This document shows, one piece after another, positions 1 to 9,212 of a DNA stretch of 64,000 nucleotides. Position 1 is the first letter of the stretch. Every line of letters begins with the position of its first letter. The notes below the pieces were generated by a model, which searched no databases, had not been told where the DNA came from, and saw only the letters and a list, made by a program, of their open reading frames with translations. The position numbers were made by a program, and so were the translations under genes. Source of the stretch: Candidatus Omnitrophota bacterium (GTDB lineage Bacteria; Omnitrophota; Gorgyraeia; Zapsychrales; Aceulaceae); NCBI GenBank assembly GCA_028693815.1, contig JAQUUP010000004.1, positions 29,683 to 93,682 of the forward strand, read 5' to 3'.

Positions 1-396
1 CTGGATTCGAGTGAGCTTTTGCCTTTTCTATCCAGGGATGAAAGAGTTTTAAGCTCAGCTTTATTTATTGATAAAGGTTCGGATAAATTTGAAGTCGTAT
101 ATTTTGACGCGAATACAATAAAAATTAGAACAGATTTTGAAGAAAGAAAATTCCTAGTTTATAACGACAGTTATCTTCCTGACTGGCATGTTTTTGTTAA
201 CGGGGAAGAAAAGGAAGTTTTTCGTTCTAATATAGCTTTTAAAGGTGTGGTGTTGCCTGCAGGGAAAAATTTTGTTGAATTTAAGTATATGTTTTTAGGA
301 GATTCACGCGCGCACTTGATGATTCTGACTATGTTTAGCGTATTTTTTCTTGTGCTAATTTTTTCTTTATGGAATTTATCTAAAAAAAAGAAATAA
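1..396 (+). CDS. 3'-terminal part of a large membrane protein (YfhO-like C-terminus); the gene starts upstream of the window
   Basis: The frame is open from position 1 with no stop. The C-terminal motif ...YLPDWHVFVNGEEKEVFRSNIAFKGVVLPAGKNFVEFKY plus a final TM helix resembles YfhO-family C-termini. Confidence 0.5.
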   Translation: MDSSELLPFLSRDERVLSSALFIDKGSDKFEVVYFDANTIKIRTDFEERKFLVYNDSYLPDWHVFVNGEEKEVFRSNIAFKGVVLPAGKNFVEFKYMFLGDSRAHLMILTMFSVFFLVLIFSLWNLSKKKK

Positions 397-400
397 GCTT

Positions 401-1273
401 ATGAGTATTTTTATAAAATTAAAAGAAGTTTTTGTTAGATCAAAATTTATTTTTTCGAAGTTTTGGATTGTTTTCCTGTTTTTTTTAATTCTTTTTTACT
501 CTTTTGTTAACAACAAAACTAATTTTTATGAGATTAATGATTTAATTGATAAGGTACACATAGAGGAAGAAATAGGTTTTTATATTTCTGAAGGAACGGA
601 GATCGAGTCAGAAAGATTGCAAAAAGCTATTTGGTTCTATGATCTTTTAGGTGAGGCTATTGGTTTTGACGAATATGTTCTTGGCAATATTGCAGCATGT
701 TATTTTTGCCTTGGTGATTATAAAGACTCTATTAAATTTTACGATAAGGCAATTGCGATCAATCCTCGTTTGTATACTTTTTATTTCGACAAGGCTATTG
801 TTAATATGCGTTTGCAAGAATATGAAAAGTCTCTTGAGTTGTTTGGCATGGCTTTTCGCCAAATACCTGCTACTTTTAAATATTATTTTGATTTCTTTAA
901 AGATATAGCAAAAGAGAGGCGAGAACGTTTTCGCTTAGAAGGGAGACTCTGGACTCCCGAAAAGGTTAATTCTCTTTTAAGTGATGATTTTTATTTTATT
1001 GAAGAAAGGATAAAGGAAGATTTAGTTCTAATGGTTAAAGAATTAAACAAAATCGCGCTATCATCAAATGGTAATTCAAAATTGCAATTAGAGGCTGGAG
1101 AATTAAAGGATCGAATTGAGTTGTATCAAAGGACCACAGGGGCAGCTTTCTTGAATGCAGAGAGCAGATTAGAGCATGACAGCAACAGTCAAGGTGCTGG
1201 GATTGTCCATTTTAATTTCCAGAATTTTAGAACCATGCTCATGATGGCATCATTGATTGATTCTAGGATTTAA
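401..1273 (+). CDS. TPR-repeat protein with an N-terminal membrane anchor
   Basis: There is a hydrophobic N-terminus followed by TPR-like repeats (LGDYKDSIKFYDKAIAINP..., YEKSLELFGMAF). Confidence 0.6.
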   Translation: MSIFIKLKEVFVRSKFIFSKFWIVFLFFLILFYSFVNNKTNFYEINDLIDKVHIEEEIGFYISEGTEIESERLQKAIWFYDLLGEAIGFDEYVLGNIAACYFCLGDYKDSIKFYDKAIAINPRLYTFYFDKAIVNMRLQEYEKSLELFGMAFRQIPATFKYYFDFFKDIAKERRERFRLEGRLWTPEKVNSLLSDDFYFIEERIKEDLVLMVKELNKIALSSNGNSKLQLEAGELKDRIELYQRTTGAAFLNAESRLEHDSNSQGAGIVHFNFQNFRTMLMMASLIDSRI

Positions 1274-1329
1274 TAAAATATTTTTAATGAAATTTTAATT
1301 ATATAGATTATTTTCTTTTAAGCATTTAT

Positions 1330-1347
1330 TAGTGAAATAATTCACAG
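1330..1347. promoter_or_regulatory. Rex operator-like inverted repeat (copy 1), tAGTGAAATAATTCACag
   Basis: GTGAA-N4-TTCAC matches the Rex box core TTGTGAA-N4-TTCACAA. An identical 17-mer occurs again at 1466-1482. Confidence 0.55.
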
Positions 1348-1438
1348 TTAGTAATAATTCTGTAATTATGTAAGTTCTTTATCTGCAACATCTAACATCA
1401 TCTCATAAGATAATATAATAATTACTTGAAATATTTAC

Positions 1439-1466
1439 TTGACAAGTTTATATTTGATGCTATATT
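1439..1466 (+). promoter_or_regulatory. sigma70-like promoter TTGACA-16nt-TATATT upstream of rex
   Basis: TTGACA at 1439-1444 and TATATT at 1461-1466. The second Rex box overlaps the -10 and transcription start region. Confidence 0.5.
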
Positions 1467-1482
1467 AGTGAAATAATTCACT
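1466..1482. promoter_or_regulatory. Rex operator-like inverted repeat (copy 2), overlapping the -10 of the rex promoter
   Basis: It has the same TAGTGAAATAATTCAC sequence as copy 1, 19 nt upstream of the rex start, which is the arrangement expected for autoregulation. Confidence 0.55.
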
Positions 1483-1500
1483 TAAATATTGGGAGGTTTG

Positions 1501-2136
1501 ATGGATTTACCCGCTAATACAATTGAAAGAATCACAAAAATATATGGATATCTTGACGCATTAGCAGAGAGAGAAGTGGATTTTGTTTCTTCGAAAGAAT
1601 TGGCTGAGGCTGTGGGCACAACGGATCATACAATTCGAAAAGATGTTAGCCTTTTAAAAATTACAGGTTACACCAGAAAAGGGTATTGTGTTCGATCTTT
1701 AAAGGGCGAGCTAGCTAAAAAGCTCGAGCTTGATAAAGAGCGAAAGGCCTGTATTGTTGGTTTAGGCAGGCTTGGAACAGCGCTCTTAGACTATGAAAAG
1801 GCTAAACAGGATGGATTTAAGATTGTGGCAGGATTTGATTGCAGCATTAATAAGCTTGAGAGGATTCGTGCTTCGATTGATGTATTTTCGATGAGTGAGC
1901 TTGAAAACATCATTAAAGGCCGCAATATCGATCTTGGCATTATTACAGTGCCCGCTAAAGCTGCTCAAGAGGTAGCTGATCAGTTGATTGCAGCTGGAAT
2001 AAAAGGAATTCTTAATTTTTCTCCAGCAAAGATTGTTGTGCCAAAGAATATTATTTATGTGGATATGGATTTTACAAATGCTTTGCGTTTTATGGCAGTA
2101 AAGTTTATTACTAAAAAGGAAGCCCCGCGCCCTTGA
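1501..2136 (+). CDS. rex: redox-sensing transcriptional repressor Rex
   Basis: A winged-helix N-terminus is followed by a Rossmann fold (GLGRLGTALLDY...GFKIVAGFD) typical of Rex. The ATG at 1501 follows GGGAGG. Confidence 0.85.
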   Translation: MDLPANTIERITKIYGYLDALAEREVDFVSSKELAEAVGTTDHTIRKDVSLLKITGYTRKGYCVRSLKGELAKKLELDKERKACIVGLGRLGTALLDYEKAKQDGFKIVAGFDCSINKLERIRASIDVFSMSELENIIKGRNIDLGIITVPAKAAQEVADQLIAAGIKGILNFSPAKIVVPKNIIYVDMDFTNALRFMAVKFITKKEAPRP

Positions 2137-2215
2137 GAATCAGGGCTGGGGTAAATTCGCACAAATAACTTAACGCTCCATCGTAGTCGCGTAAGTTATG
2201 TGCTCATTTAAGAAA
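2123..2215 (+). repeat. structured hairpin element copy C: GC hairpin, then TAAATTCG, long imperfect hairpin, CTCATTTAAG
   Basis: It shares conserved ends and CTTRACG...CGTAAG internal boxes with the copies at 29911-29998 and 35180-35272. The stems differ in sequence but stay complementary. It lies directly 5' of the serC RBS. Confidence 0.6.
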
Positions 2216-2228
2216 GTGGAGGATTGAA

Positions 2229-3311
2229 ATGGCAAGAGTATACAATTTTAGTGCAGGACCAGCAACGTTACCAGAGGAAGTTTTAAAGAAAGCCGCAAGC
2301 GAAATGCTTGATTACAATGGATGCGGTATGTCTGTTATGGAAATGTCGCATCGAGGAAAAGAGTTTCAGAAGATTTTCGATACTGCTGAAGCGACTTTGC
2401 GAGAAATTATGGCAATCCCTGAAAATTATAAAGTTTTGTTTTTGCAGGGTGGGGCGTCTATGCAATTTGCTGCTGTTCCGCTAAATTTAATGACTAAGAA
2501 TAAAAAAGCAGATTATGTTCACACTGGCCAATGGACGAAAAAAGCAATTGCTGAAGCTAAGAAATTAGGCACGGTTAACGTGGTAGCCAGCTCTGAGGAC
2601 AAGAATTTTTCTTATATTCCAGAGCTTGATTCTAAAACATTTTCGAAAGATGCAGATTATTTTTATATTGTGACTAACAATACTATTTATGGAACATGTT
2701 ATAAAAATATTCCTGAAACAGGTAATGTGCCGATTATTGCGGATATGTCGTCTAATATTTTGTCAGAACCAATTGATGTGAAGAAATTTGGTGTTATTTT
2801 TGCGGGTGCGCAAAAGAATATTGGTCCTGCAGGCCTGACTCTTGTAATTATTCGTGAGGATTTAATCGGTAATGCTGCAGAGAATATACCAACATTACTT
2901 GATTATAAGGTGCAGGCGGATAATGGTTCTATGGCCAATACGCCACCTTGTTATGCTATTTATATGGCAGGGTTAGTTTTTGATTGGATTAAAAAACAAG
3001 GTGGATTGATTACAATGAAGAAAATTAATGAGGAAAAAGCAGCAATTCTTTATGATTTTATTGACCAGTCAAAACTTTTTAGTTGTCCAGTAGAAAAGAC
3101 AAGCCGATCATTGATGAATGTTCCGTTTGTTACGGGAGATGATGAATTAGATACTAAATTTATCTCGGAGGCAACCAAAAGAGGGCTTAAGGCCCTTAAG
3201 GGGCATCGTAGTGTAGGCGGCATGCGTGCAAGTATTTATAACGCAATGCCGATTCAAGGTGTTAAGGCGTTAGCTGAGTTTATGAAGGAATTTGAAACGG
3301 CAAATAAATAA
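2229..3311 (+). CDS. serC: phosphoserine aminotransferase
   Basis: The N-terminus NFSAGPATLPEEVL...HRGKEF and overall length match SerC. GGAGG lies upstream of the start. Confidence 0.9.
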   Translation: MARVYNFSAGPATLPEEVLKKAASEMLDYNGCGMSVMEMSHRGKEFQKIFDTAEATLREIMAIPENYKVLFLQGGASMQFAAVPLNLMTKNKKADYVHTGQWTKKAIAEAKKLGTVNVVASSEDKNFSYIPELDSKTFSKDADYFYIVTNNTIYGTCYKNIPETGNVPIIADMSSNILSEPIDVKKFGVIFAGAQKNIGPAGLTLVIIREDLIGNAAENIPTLLDYKVQADNGSMANTPPCYAIYMAGLVFDWIKKQGGLITMKKINEEKAAILYDFIDQSKLFSCPVEKTSRSLMNVPFVTGDDELDTKFISEATKRGLKALKGHRSVGGMRASIYNAMPIQGVKALAEFMKEFETANK

Positions 3312-3345
3312 GTTTATTAATTTTTAAAATTAAGAGAGGTTTAAC

Positions 3346-4521
3346 ATGTATAAAATAAAAACACTTAATAAGATTTCAGCAGAAGGATTAGCTGGTCTTC
3401 CTTTAGATCAATATGAAATCGGAACAGAGATTGCACAGCCAGATGCAATTATTCTTCGAAGTTTTAAAATGCATGATATGGAGCTTCCCGATTCTTTGTT
3501 GGCCGTAGGCCGCGCAGGAGCAGGAGTTAATAATATTCCAATTGAAAAATGTTCTGAAAAAGGAATTGTTGTTTTTAATACGCCAGGAGCGAATGCTAAC
3601 GCGGTTAAAGAGCTTGTTATTGTAGGCATGCTTTTAGCTTCTCGAGATATTGTTTCGGGCATTGTCTTTGCTCAGAGCTTGAAAGGAAAAGGAGGGCAGG
3701 TTCCTGCGTTAATCGAGGAAGGTAAAAAGAATTTTGCTGGGCAAGAAATTGCCGGCAAGACGTTAGGTGTTGTCGGTCTTGGTAAAATTGGCGTTATGGT
3801 CGCTAATGCAGCGCTTGATTTAGGCATGAATGTCATTGGATACGATCCTTTTATTTCGGTTGAATCTGCTTGGGGGTTATCAAGAGATGTTCAGAGGGCC
3901 GATGGGCTTGATGCGCTTATTGCGAATAGTGATTATATTTCTTTGCACACACCTTTAAGCAATGAAACTAAAGGCATGATTAGCGAAGAGAAATTTCTTC
4001 GAATGAAGAAAAATGTTCGTATTCTTAATTTTTCTCGCGGAGGTATTGTGAATAATGATGACTTAAAAACAGCGATTGAAAAAGGTATTGTTGCTCGTTA
4101 TGTGACAGATTTTCCAGATGACGAGCTTTTAAATATGGATAAAGTTATTGCGATTCCGCACCTTGGAGCATCAACGGCAGAGGCTGAGGGCAACTGTGCA
4201 ACGATGATCGTTAAGCAATTACGTGATTTTATTGAAACAGGAAAGATTAAGAATTCTGTGAATTTTCCAAATTGCAAGCTTGAGCAAGGCTCAGATTATC
4301 GGCTTGTGATTATGAATAAAAATATTCCTAATATGGTCGGACAGATTTCTTCGATTTTGGCTAAAGCTAATATTAACATTACTGAAATGTTGAACAAAAG
4401 CAAAGGTGATTATGCTTGTAATATTATTGACATTTCTGATGAGCCGAACGAAAAGCTTATCAAGTCGCTTTATGGTGTTCAGGGTGTTATCAAGGTTAGA
4501 GCGATTAATTTAAAGAAATAA
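3346..4521 (+). CDS. serA: D-3-phosphoglycerate dehydrogenase (short form with C-terminal ACT domain)
   Basis: A 2-hydroxyacid dehydrogenase NAD-binding core (GKTLGVVGLGKIG) is followed by an ACT-like tail. It is adjacent to serC. Confidence 0.85.
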   Translation: MYKIKTLNKISAEGLAGLPLDQYEIGTEIAQPDAIILRSFKMHDMELPDSLLAVGRAGAGVNNIPIEKCSEKGIVVFNTPGANANAVKELVIVGMLLASRDIVSGIVFAQSLKGKGGQVPALIEEGKKNFAGQEIAGKTLGVVGLGKIGVMVANAALDLGMNVIGYDPFISVESAWGLSRDVQRADGLDALIANSDYISLHTPLSNETKGMISEEKFLRMKKNVRILNFSRGGIVNNDDLKTAIEKGIVARYVTDFPDDELLNMDKVIAIPHLGASTAEAEGNCATMIVKQLRDFIETGKIKNSVNFPNCKLEQGSDYRLVIMNKNIPNMVGQISSILAKANINITEMLNKSKGDYACNIIDISDEPNEKLIKSLYGVQGVIKVRAINLKK

Positions 4522-4530
4522 AGGACTCCC

Positions 4531-5781
4531 ATGAGTCAGAACCAGGTTATCGTTATTGGCGCTGGACCCGCTGGCATGATGTCTGCTATTTCTGCTAGTC
4601 AGTTTGGCGCCAATGTTATTTTGGTTGAAAAAAATGCCGTATTAGGCCGCAAGCTTCTTTTTACCGGCAAAGGTCGATGTAATCTTACCAATAGATGTTC
4701 CTTTGATGAATTTCTAGAACGTTTTTCTAAAAATAATGGTCAATTTTTGCGTGATGCATTTAAGGTTTTATTTAATGAAGAGCTTATTGAATTCTTTGAA
4801 AAACGCGGTCTCCAGATGAAAACAGAACGTCAGCAGAGAGTTTTTCCTGAAACAGATAAATCAAGTAGTGTCGTACGAGTTTTGTCTGAGGAGCTTCGAA
4901 AGAAGAATATAAAAATTCGTTTTAGCACGATTGTTAAGAATATTTGGATTAACGGAAAAGGATGTGTTGCAGGTGTTGCCTTGTCTGATGGCAAGAAGAT
5001 TGAGTCAAGTAAAGTTATTTTGGCAACGGGTGGAGCGTCGTATCAATTTACTGGGTCTACGGGCGAGGGCTTTAAATTTGCTGAAAGATTAGGGCATAAG
5101 ATTGTTCCTTTGCGGCCGGGCTTGGTTGCTCTTGAGACAACGCAAAAAGAAATAAAAGCATTGTCAGGAGTTACACTTAGAAATATTAGGATTTATTTTG
5201 TTTCTGGAAAAAAAGAAATTGCCTCTTCTGTTGGGGAGCTTTTGTTTACAGAATTTGGGGTTTCTGGGCCTATTATTTTATCAATGAGCGGCATTGTTGT
5301 TGATTGGATTCAAGAAGGGCGCAAGGTTTTTGTTGAGGTTGATTTTAAGCCAGCACTTGCTTTTGAGCAACTGGATGCACGTTTTTTAAAGAATTTTAAG
5401 GATTCTCCCAAAAAAAACATTAAAAATGTTTTAAAAGATTTTTTGCCTCAGCGGTTGATTGATATTTTTCTTGAGAAGAGCAATATTTTGCCAGACAAGA
5501 GAGCTAATCAGATCACTCCCAAAGAACGTGAAAAGCTTATTTTGCTTTTTAAGCGCTTTCCCATAGAAATTAAAGAAAGTCTTCCGATGGAAGAAGCAAT
5601 GGTTACCCGTGGAGGGATTTCGCTTAAAGATATTAATCCTCGTACAATGGAGTCTAAAAGAGTAAAAGGGCTTTATTTTGCTGGCGAAATCATTGATGTG
5701 GACGGTGATACAGGTGGATTTAACCTGCAAGCGGCATTTTCAACTGGATATTTGGCTGGTAAATCTGCAGCTATTTCCTAA
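4531..5781 (+). CDS. HI0933/BaiN-family NAD(P)/FAD-dependent flavoprotein
   Basis: A GAGPAG FAD motif and a ...GRCNLTN... signature are characteristic of the HI0933-like family. Confidence 0.8.
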   Translation: MSQNQVIVIGAGPAGMMSAISASQFGANVILVEKNAVLGRKLLFTGKGRCNLTNRCSFDEFLERFSKNNGQFLRDAFKVLFNEELIEFFEKRGLQMKTERQQRVFPETDKSSSVVRVLSEELRKKNIKIRFSTIVKNIWINGKGCVAGVALSDGKKIESSKVILATGGASYQFTGSTGEGFKFAERLGHKIVPLRPGLVALETTQKEIKALSGVTLRNIRIYFVSGKKEIASSVGELLFTEFGVSGPIILSMSGIVVDWIQEGRKVFVEVDFKPALAFEQLDARFLKNFKDSPKKNIKNVLKDFLPQRLIDIFLEKSNILPDKRANQITPKEREKLILLFKRFPIEIKESLPMEEAMVTRGGISLKDINPRTMESKRVKGLYFAGEIIDVDGDTGGFNLQAAFSTGYLAGKSAAIS

Positions 5782-5859
5782 GCATATTGGATGTTTAATA
5801 AAAAAAGATTTTATGTTAAGATGCCTTCTAGTGTCTAAATAATTTAATTTTAATTTTGT

Positions 5860-5876
5860 AAAAAAAAAGGGGGGGG
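5860..5876 (+). repeat. homopolymer tract A9 G8 immediately 5' of a start codon
   Basis: The tract aaaaaaaaagggggggg ends 1 nt before the ATG at 5878. A near-identical A8G6 tract is at 17630-17643. Confidence 0.9.
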
Positions 5877-5877
5877 T

Positions 5878-6228
5878 ATGATGAGAAAATTCTTTTCATT
5901 CATTATTGCAATATTTTTTTGTTTAAGCGTTCAGAATGTTTTTGCGCATCCACCGGTTCGCGTTGATATTTCTTATGATGCACCAACAAAAACAGTGACA
6001 GCTGTGATTGTTCATCCTGTTGCAGATCCAAAAACGCATTATATCGAAAAAGTGGATGTTTCTGTTAATGGGAAAGAGATTATGGATGAGAAATTTACAT
6101 CTCAGCAGAATGCAAATTCTGACACTGTAACATATAAGCTCAAAGATGTTAAGCCTGGAGATGTTGTTGGGATTGAAGGGTATTGTAATATTTTTGGGAA
6201 AAAAGAAAGTACAATTACAATAAAATGA
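5878..6228 (+). CDS. small secreted protein of unknown function; predicted mature N-terminus begins with His (AHPP...)
   Basis: It has a signal peptide with a VFA-HPP cleavage context. No family was recognised. Confidence 0.55.
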   Translation: MMRKFFSFIIAIFFCLSVQNVFAHPPVRVDISYDAPTKTVTAVIVHPVADPKTHYIEKVDVSVNGKEIMDEKFTSQQNANSDTVTYKLKDVKPGDVVGIEGYCNIFGKKESTITIK

Positions 6229-6566
6229 AAGACAAAATAATCTTTAGCATTTTACGTGTTTCGCTAGGGGTAGTTTTTTTAGTTTTTGGTATCGGAAAGT
6301 TTACCGGAGATTATTGGGCTAGAAGCATGGAGGCTATGAGTATCGTTCAAGCGATGCCATGGAGTTCGCAATATTCTGTTTGGGCTTTTGGTGTCGTTGA
6401 GATTCTAACATCGGTACTTTTAATTTTTGGTTTTTTTGTGCGTTTTGCAGCTGTTTTAGCGGCACTTCAGCTTTTATTAATTTTGATTGTTTTACAGTTT
6501 CAGGAAGTTCGAGATGTTGGACTTTTGGGCATGGCAATATTTTTAGCTTTTTATGAAAAGAAATAG
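6225..6566 (+). CDS. DoxX-family membrane protein
   Basis: A small 4-TM protein with the DoxX-like pattern (LRVSLGVVFLVFGIGKF...). Confidence 0.7.
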   Translation: MKDKIIFSILRVSLGVVFLVFGIGKFTGDYWARSMEAMSIVQAMPWSSQYSVWAFGVVEILTSVLLIFGFFVRFAAVLAALQLLLILIVLQFQEVRDVGLLGMAIFLAFYEKK

Positions 6567-6580
6567 AAAGAGGTAGACGC

Positions 6581-7747
6581 ATGGCGACAGATCCAATTTG
6601 TGGAATGCAGGCAGATGAAAAAACCTCTCCCAAAATTTTTTATGAGAATAGGGAATATTTCTTTTGCAGTCAACGGTGTGCTAAGAAATTTATACAAGAA
6701 CACCATCTTTCTGAGGGGCAGATTATTGTTCCTGAAAAGAAAACGAGGTCTTTCTTAAAAAACAAAACTGTTGTTGTTTCTTTTGTTCTTGCTTTGATGA
6801 TTGCCCTCTCATTTATTCTTCCTATTCTAGAGCCTTTCCGAAAATCTTTTGGGATGTATTTTAAAACCATTTGGTGGGCGGTTTTAATTGGGCTTTTGAT
6901 AGGAGGGGTGATCGATTATTTTATTCCTAGAGAATATATTTCTTCAGCGCTTTCGACATCAAAAAGACAATCTATTATTCGAGCAGTTATTTTAGGATTC
7001 TTTATGAGTGTTTGTAGCCATGGAATTTTGGCTTTATCTATTCAGCTTCATAAAAAAGGTGCCTCAACGCCATCAGTGGTTGCTTTTCTTTTGGCTAGTC
7101 CTTGGGCGAATTTACCTTTAACAATTATGCTTATTGGATTCTTTGGTTTGGCGCAAGCATTGTATATTATCCTTGTTGCGATCTTTATTGCGATTGTGAC
7201 AGGGTTTATTTTTCAGTTTCTAGAATCTAAGGGATTGGTTGAGAAAAATATAAATAGCGTTGAGCTAGCAAGTGATTTTTCGATCACCAAAGATATGAAG
7301 AAGCGATTTAAAGAGTATCAATGGAGCACAAAGCAGCTTAAAGAAGATGTAAAAGGTATTTATAGAGGAGCTGTTTCGTTGTCTAACATGGTTTTATGGT
7401 GGATTCTGATCGGAATGGGAATGGCTAGTTTAGCAGGGGCCTATATTCCCGAAGGATTTTTTTATCAATATATGGGGCCGACTGTTTTAGGGTTGTTTGT
7501 TACGCTTGCGGTTGCAACCGTTTTAGAGGTTTGTTCTGAAGGTACGGCTCCGTTAGCATTTGAAATTTTTAGACAAACCGGAGCGTTGGGCAATAGCTTT
7601 GTATTTTTAATGGCGGGTGTTGCCACTGATTATACTGAAATTGGATTACTATGGCATAATGTTGGACGCAAAACCGCGATTTGGCTTCCGGTTGTGACAG
7701 TTCCTCAAATTATTGTTTTTGGTATTCTCGCCAATATAATTTTTTAA
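6581..7747 (+). CDS. YHS/TRASH-domain metal-binding module fused to a DUF318-type permease (SO_0444-like Cu/Zn efflux family)
   Basis: The N-terminus PICGM...YFFCSQRC is a YHS motif. It is followed by a multi-TM permease containing a Cys-x-His (CSHG) segment. Confidence 0.75.
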   Translation: MATDPICGMQADEKTSPKIFYENREYFFCSQRCAKKFIQEHHLSEGQIIVPEKKTRSFLKNKTVVVSFVLALMIALSFILPILEPFRKSFGMYFKTIWWAVLIGLLIGGVIDYFIPREYISSALSTSKRQSIIRAVILGFFMSVCSHGILALSIQLHKKGASTPSVVAFLLASPWANLPLTIMLIGFFGLAQALYIILVAIFIAIVTGFIFQFLESKGLVEKNINSVELASDFSITKDMKKRFKEYQWSTKQLKEDVKGIYRGAVSLSNMVLWWILIGMGMASLAGAYIPEGFFYQYMGPTVLGLFVTLAVATVLEVCSEGTAPLAFEIFRQTGALGNSFVFLMAGVATDYTEIGLLWHNVGRKTAIWLPVVTVPQIIVFGILANIIF

Positions 7748-7769
7748 AATTGAAATAATATTTCGATAA

Positions 7770-8909
7770 GTGAATAATCTTAAAACTCACCTTATTTGCC
7801 TTGAATGTCCTAATGGATGCAATTTGAATCTTGATTGGAAAGCAGATCACTTGGTGGCTGTTTCTGGTAACGAGTGCGCTAAAGGCATTGTATTTGTCTC
7901 GCATACTTTAAAAAAGAAGCATAATGCACATATTGTTGTTGAGGCGGCATCGAAACATTTTAGTAAAGAGGTTTTGTCTCAAATTGTCTCATCTTGGGAT
8001 CTTGTGCTTAGCCGCTTGCATTATGACATTATGATTCAAGGTAGTCCTGAGCGAAGTGTTTTTCGTGTTGTGATCGAAGACGATAAAAAAGATCGATATC
8101 TTTTAGAGGAGATTGCTCCCAAAACACTTAAAACAAAACAAAAAATTGTTCAAACACTCGATTTTTTATTTAATAAGAACCTTCGATACATTCAGCCCTT
8201 TTTGAAGAATAAAAATAATGATTGTATTATTTCGCATCAAAACAAGTTATGGCAGATGACCCCGTTTATTAAGGGCGCTTCACTTGATCGTCGAGAATAT
8301 ATGTATGATTATTGGCGCGGAGATCTTTTGGCTGATTTTTTAATTGAGCTTAAGAAAAAAACACAAGATGGAATGCTTTTGAAGGATGAAAAACAATTTT
8401 CTATCAAGAAATATGTTTATCGGTTATTGAGGGAAATTAAAGCTCACCAAAAAGATATTAAAAGAGAAGTTGATGCTGTTGTTTGCTTTCTTGAAAAAGA
8501 ATTTATGGCTGTTCATGACGAGCTTCCTGTTTGCTTTTGTCACGGAGACTATCACCCGATGAATATTGTTTGGGGTGACAATAAAATTGAGTATGTTATT
8601 GATTGGGAATTTTTAGGAAATAAGCCTGAGATTTATGATGTTTGTAATTTAATCGGGTGTGTTGGCGTGGAGCATCCTTCTAGCTTGTATGAAGGGCTAA
8701 TTATTCCTTTTATCAAGAAAATACGCGATTCAAAGATTTTTTCTGATATAAGTTTTCAATATTTGGTTGAATTTATAGTGGCGCTTCGTTTTGCCTGGCT
8801 TTCAGAGTGGCTGAGAAGAAAAGATCATCAGATGATAGAACTTGAATTGGCATACATGAATTTTTTAATTGAGCACAAAGAAGATCTTGAAAAAGTGTGG
8901 GGGATATAA
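7770..8909 (+). CDS. fusion of an N-terminal Cys-rich (CxxCPxGC...GNxC, DUF1667-like) domain to an APH/choline-kinase-type phosphotransferase
   Basis: The Brenner motif HGDYHPMNIVW and IDWEF are present. The N-terminal ~60 aa hold conserved Cys pairs. Confidence 0.65.
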   Translation: MNNLKTHLICLECPNGCNLNLDWKADHLVAVSGNECAKGIVFVSHTLKKKHNAHIVVEAASKHFSKEVLSQIVSSWDLVLSRLHYDIMIQGSPERSVFRVVIEDDKKDRYLLEEIAPKTLKTKQKIVQTLDFLFNKNLRYIQPFLKNKNNDCIISHQNKLWQMTPFIKGASLDRREYMYDYWRGDLLADFLIELKKKTQDGMLLKDEKQFSIKKYVYRLLREIKAHQKDIKREVDAVVCFLEKEFMAVHDELPVCFCHGDYHPMNIVWGDNKIEYVIDWEFLGNKPEIYDVCNLIGCVGVEHPSSLYEGLIIPFIKKIRDSKIFSDISFQYLVEFIVALRFAWLSEWLRRKDHQMIELELAYMNFLIEHKEDLEKVWGI

Positions 8910-8957
8910 AAGAATTCTTTTATTTAGAATAAGAGAACTAGGCAGAAAGCAATCGCG

Positions 8958-9209
8958 ATGTGGTACGTTTATATCTTGGAGACAAAAGATAAAAGATTTT
9001 ATACAGGCAGTACTAATGATGTTGATCGCCGGATGAAGATGCATGCAGAAGGCAAAGGTGCACGGTTTACGCGCATTTTTGGTTTTAAGAAACTTTTATA
9101 TACCGAAGCTTGTGGTGAAACGAGAGCCGAAGCGCTTAAGCGTGAAAGAGAAATTAAGAAGCTGACTAAAGAAAAAAAGGTAGAGCTTGTTTATGGCAAG
9201 ACAACTTAG
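8958..9209 (+). CDS. GIY-YIG nuclease-family small protein (UPF0213-like)
   Basis: The sequence YVYILETKDKRFYTGSTNDVDRRMKMH matches the GIY-YIG core. Confidence 0.75.
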   Translation: MWYVYILETKDKRFYTGSTNDVDRRMKMHAEGKGARFTRIFGFKKLLYTEACGETRAEALKREREIKKLTKEKKVELVYGKTT

Positions 9210-9212
9210 CGT

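Noticed and set aside
647-908. Overlapping small ORFs on both strands inside the TPR gene
   Set aside because: They sit in AT-rich low-complexity sequence within a longer supported frame.
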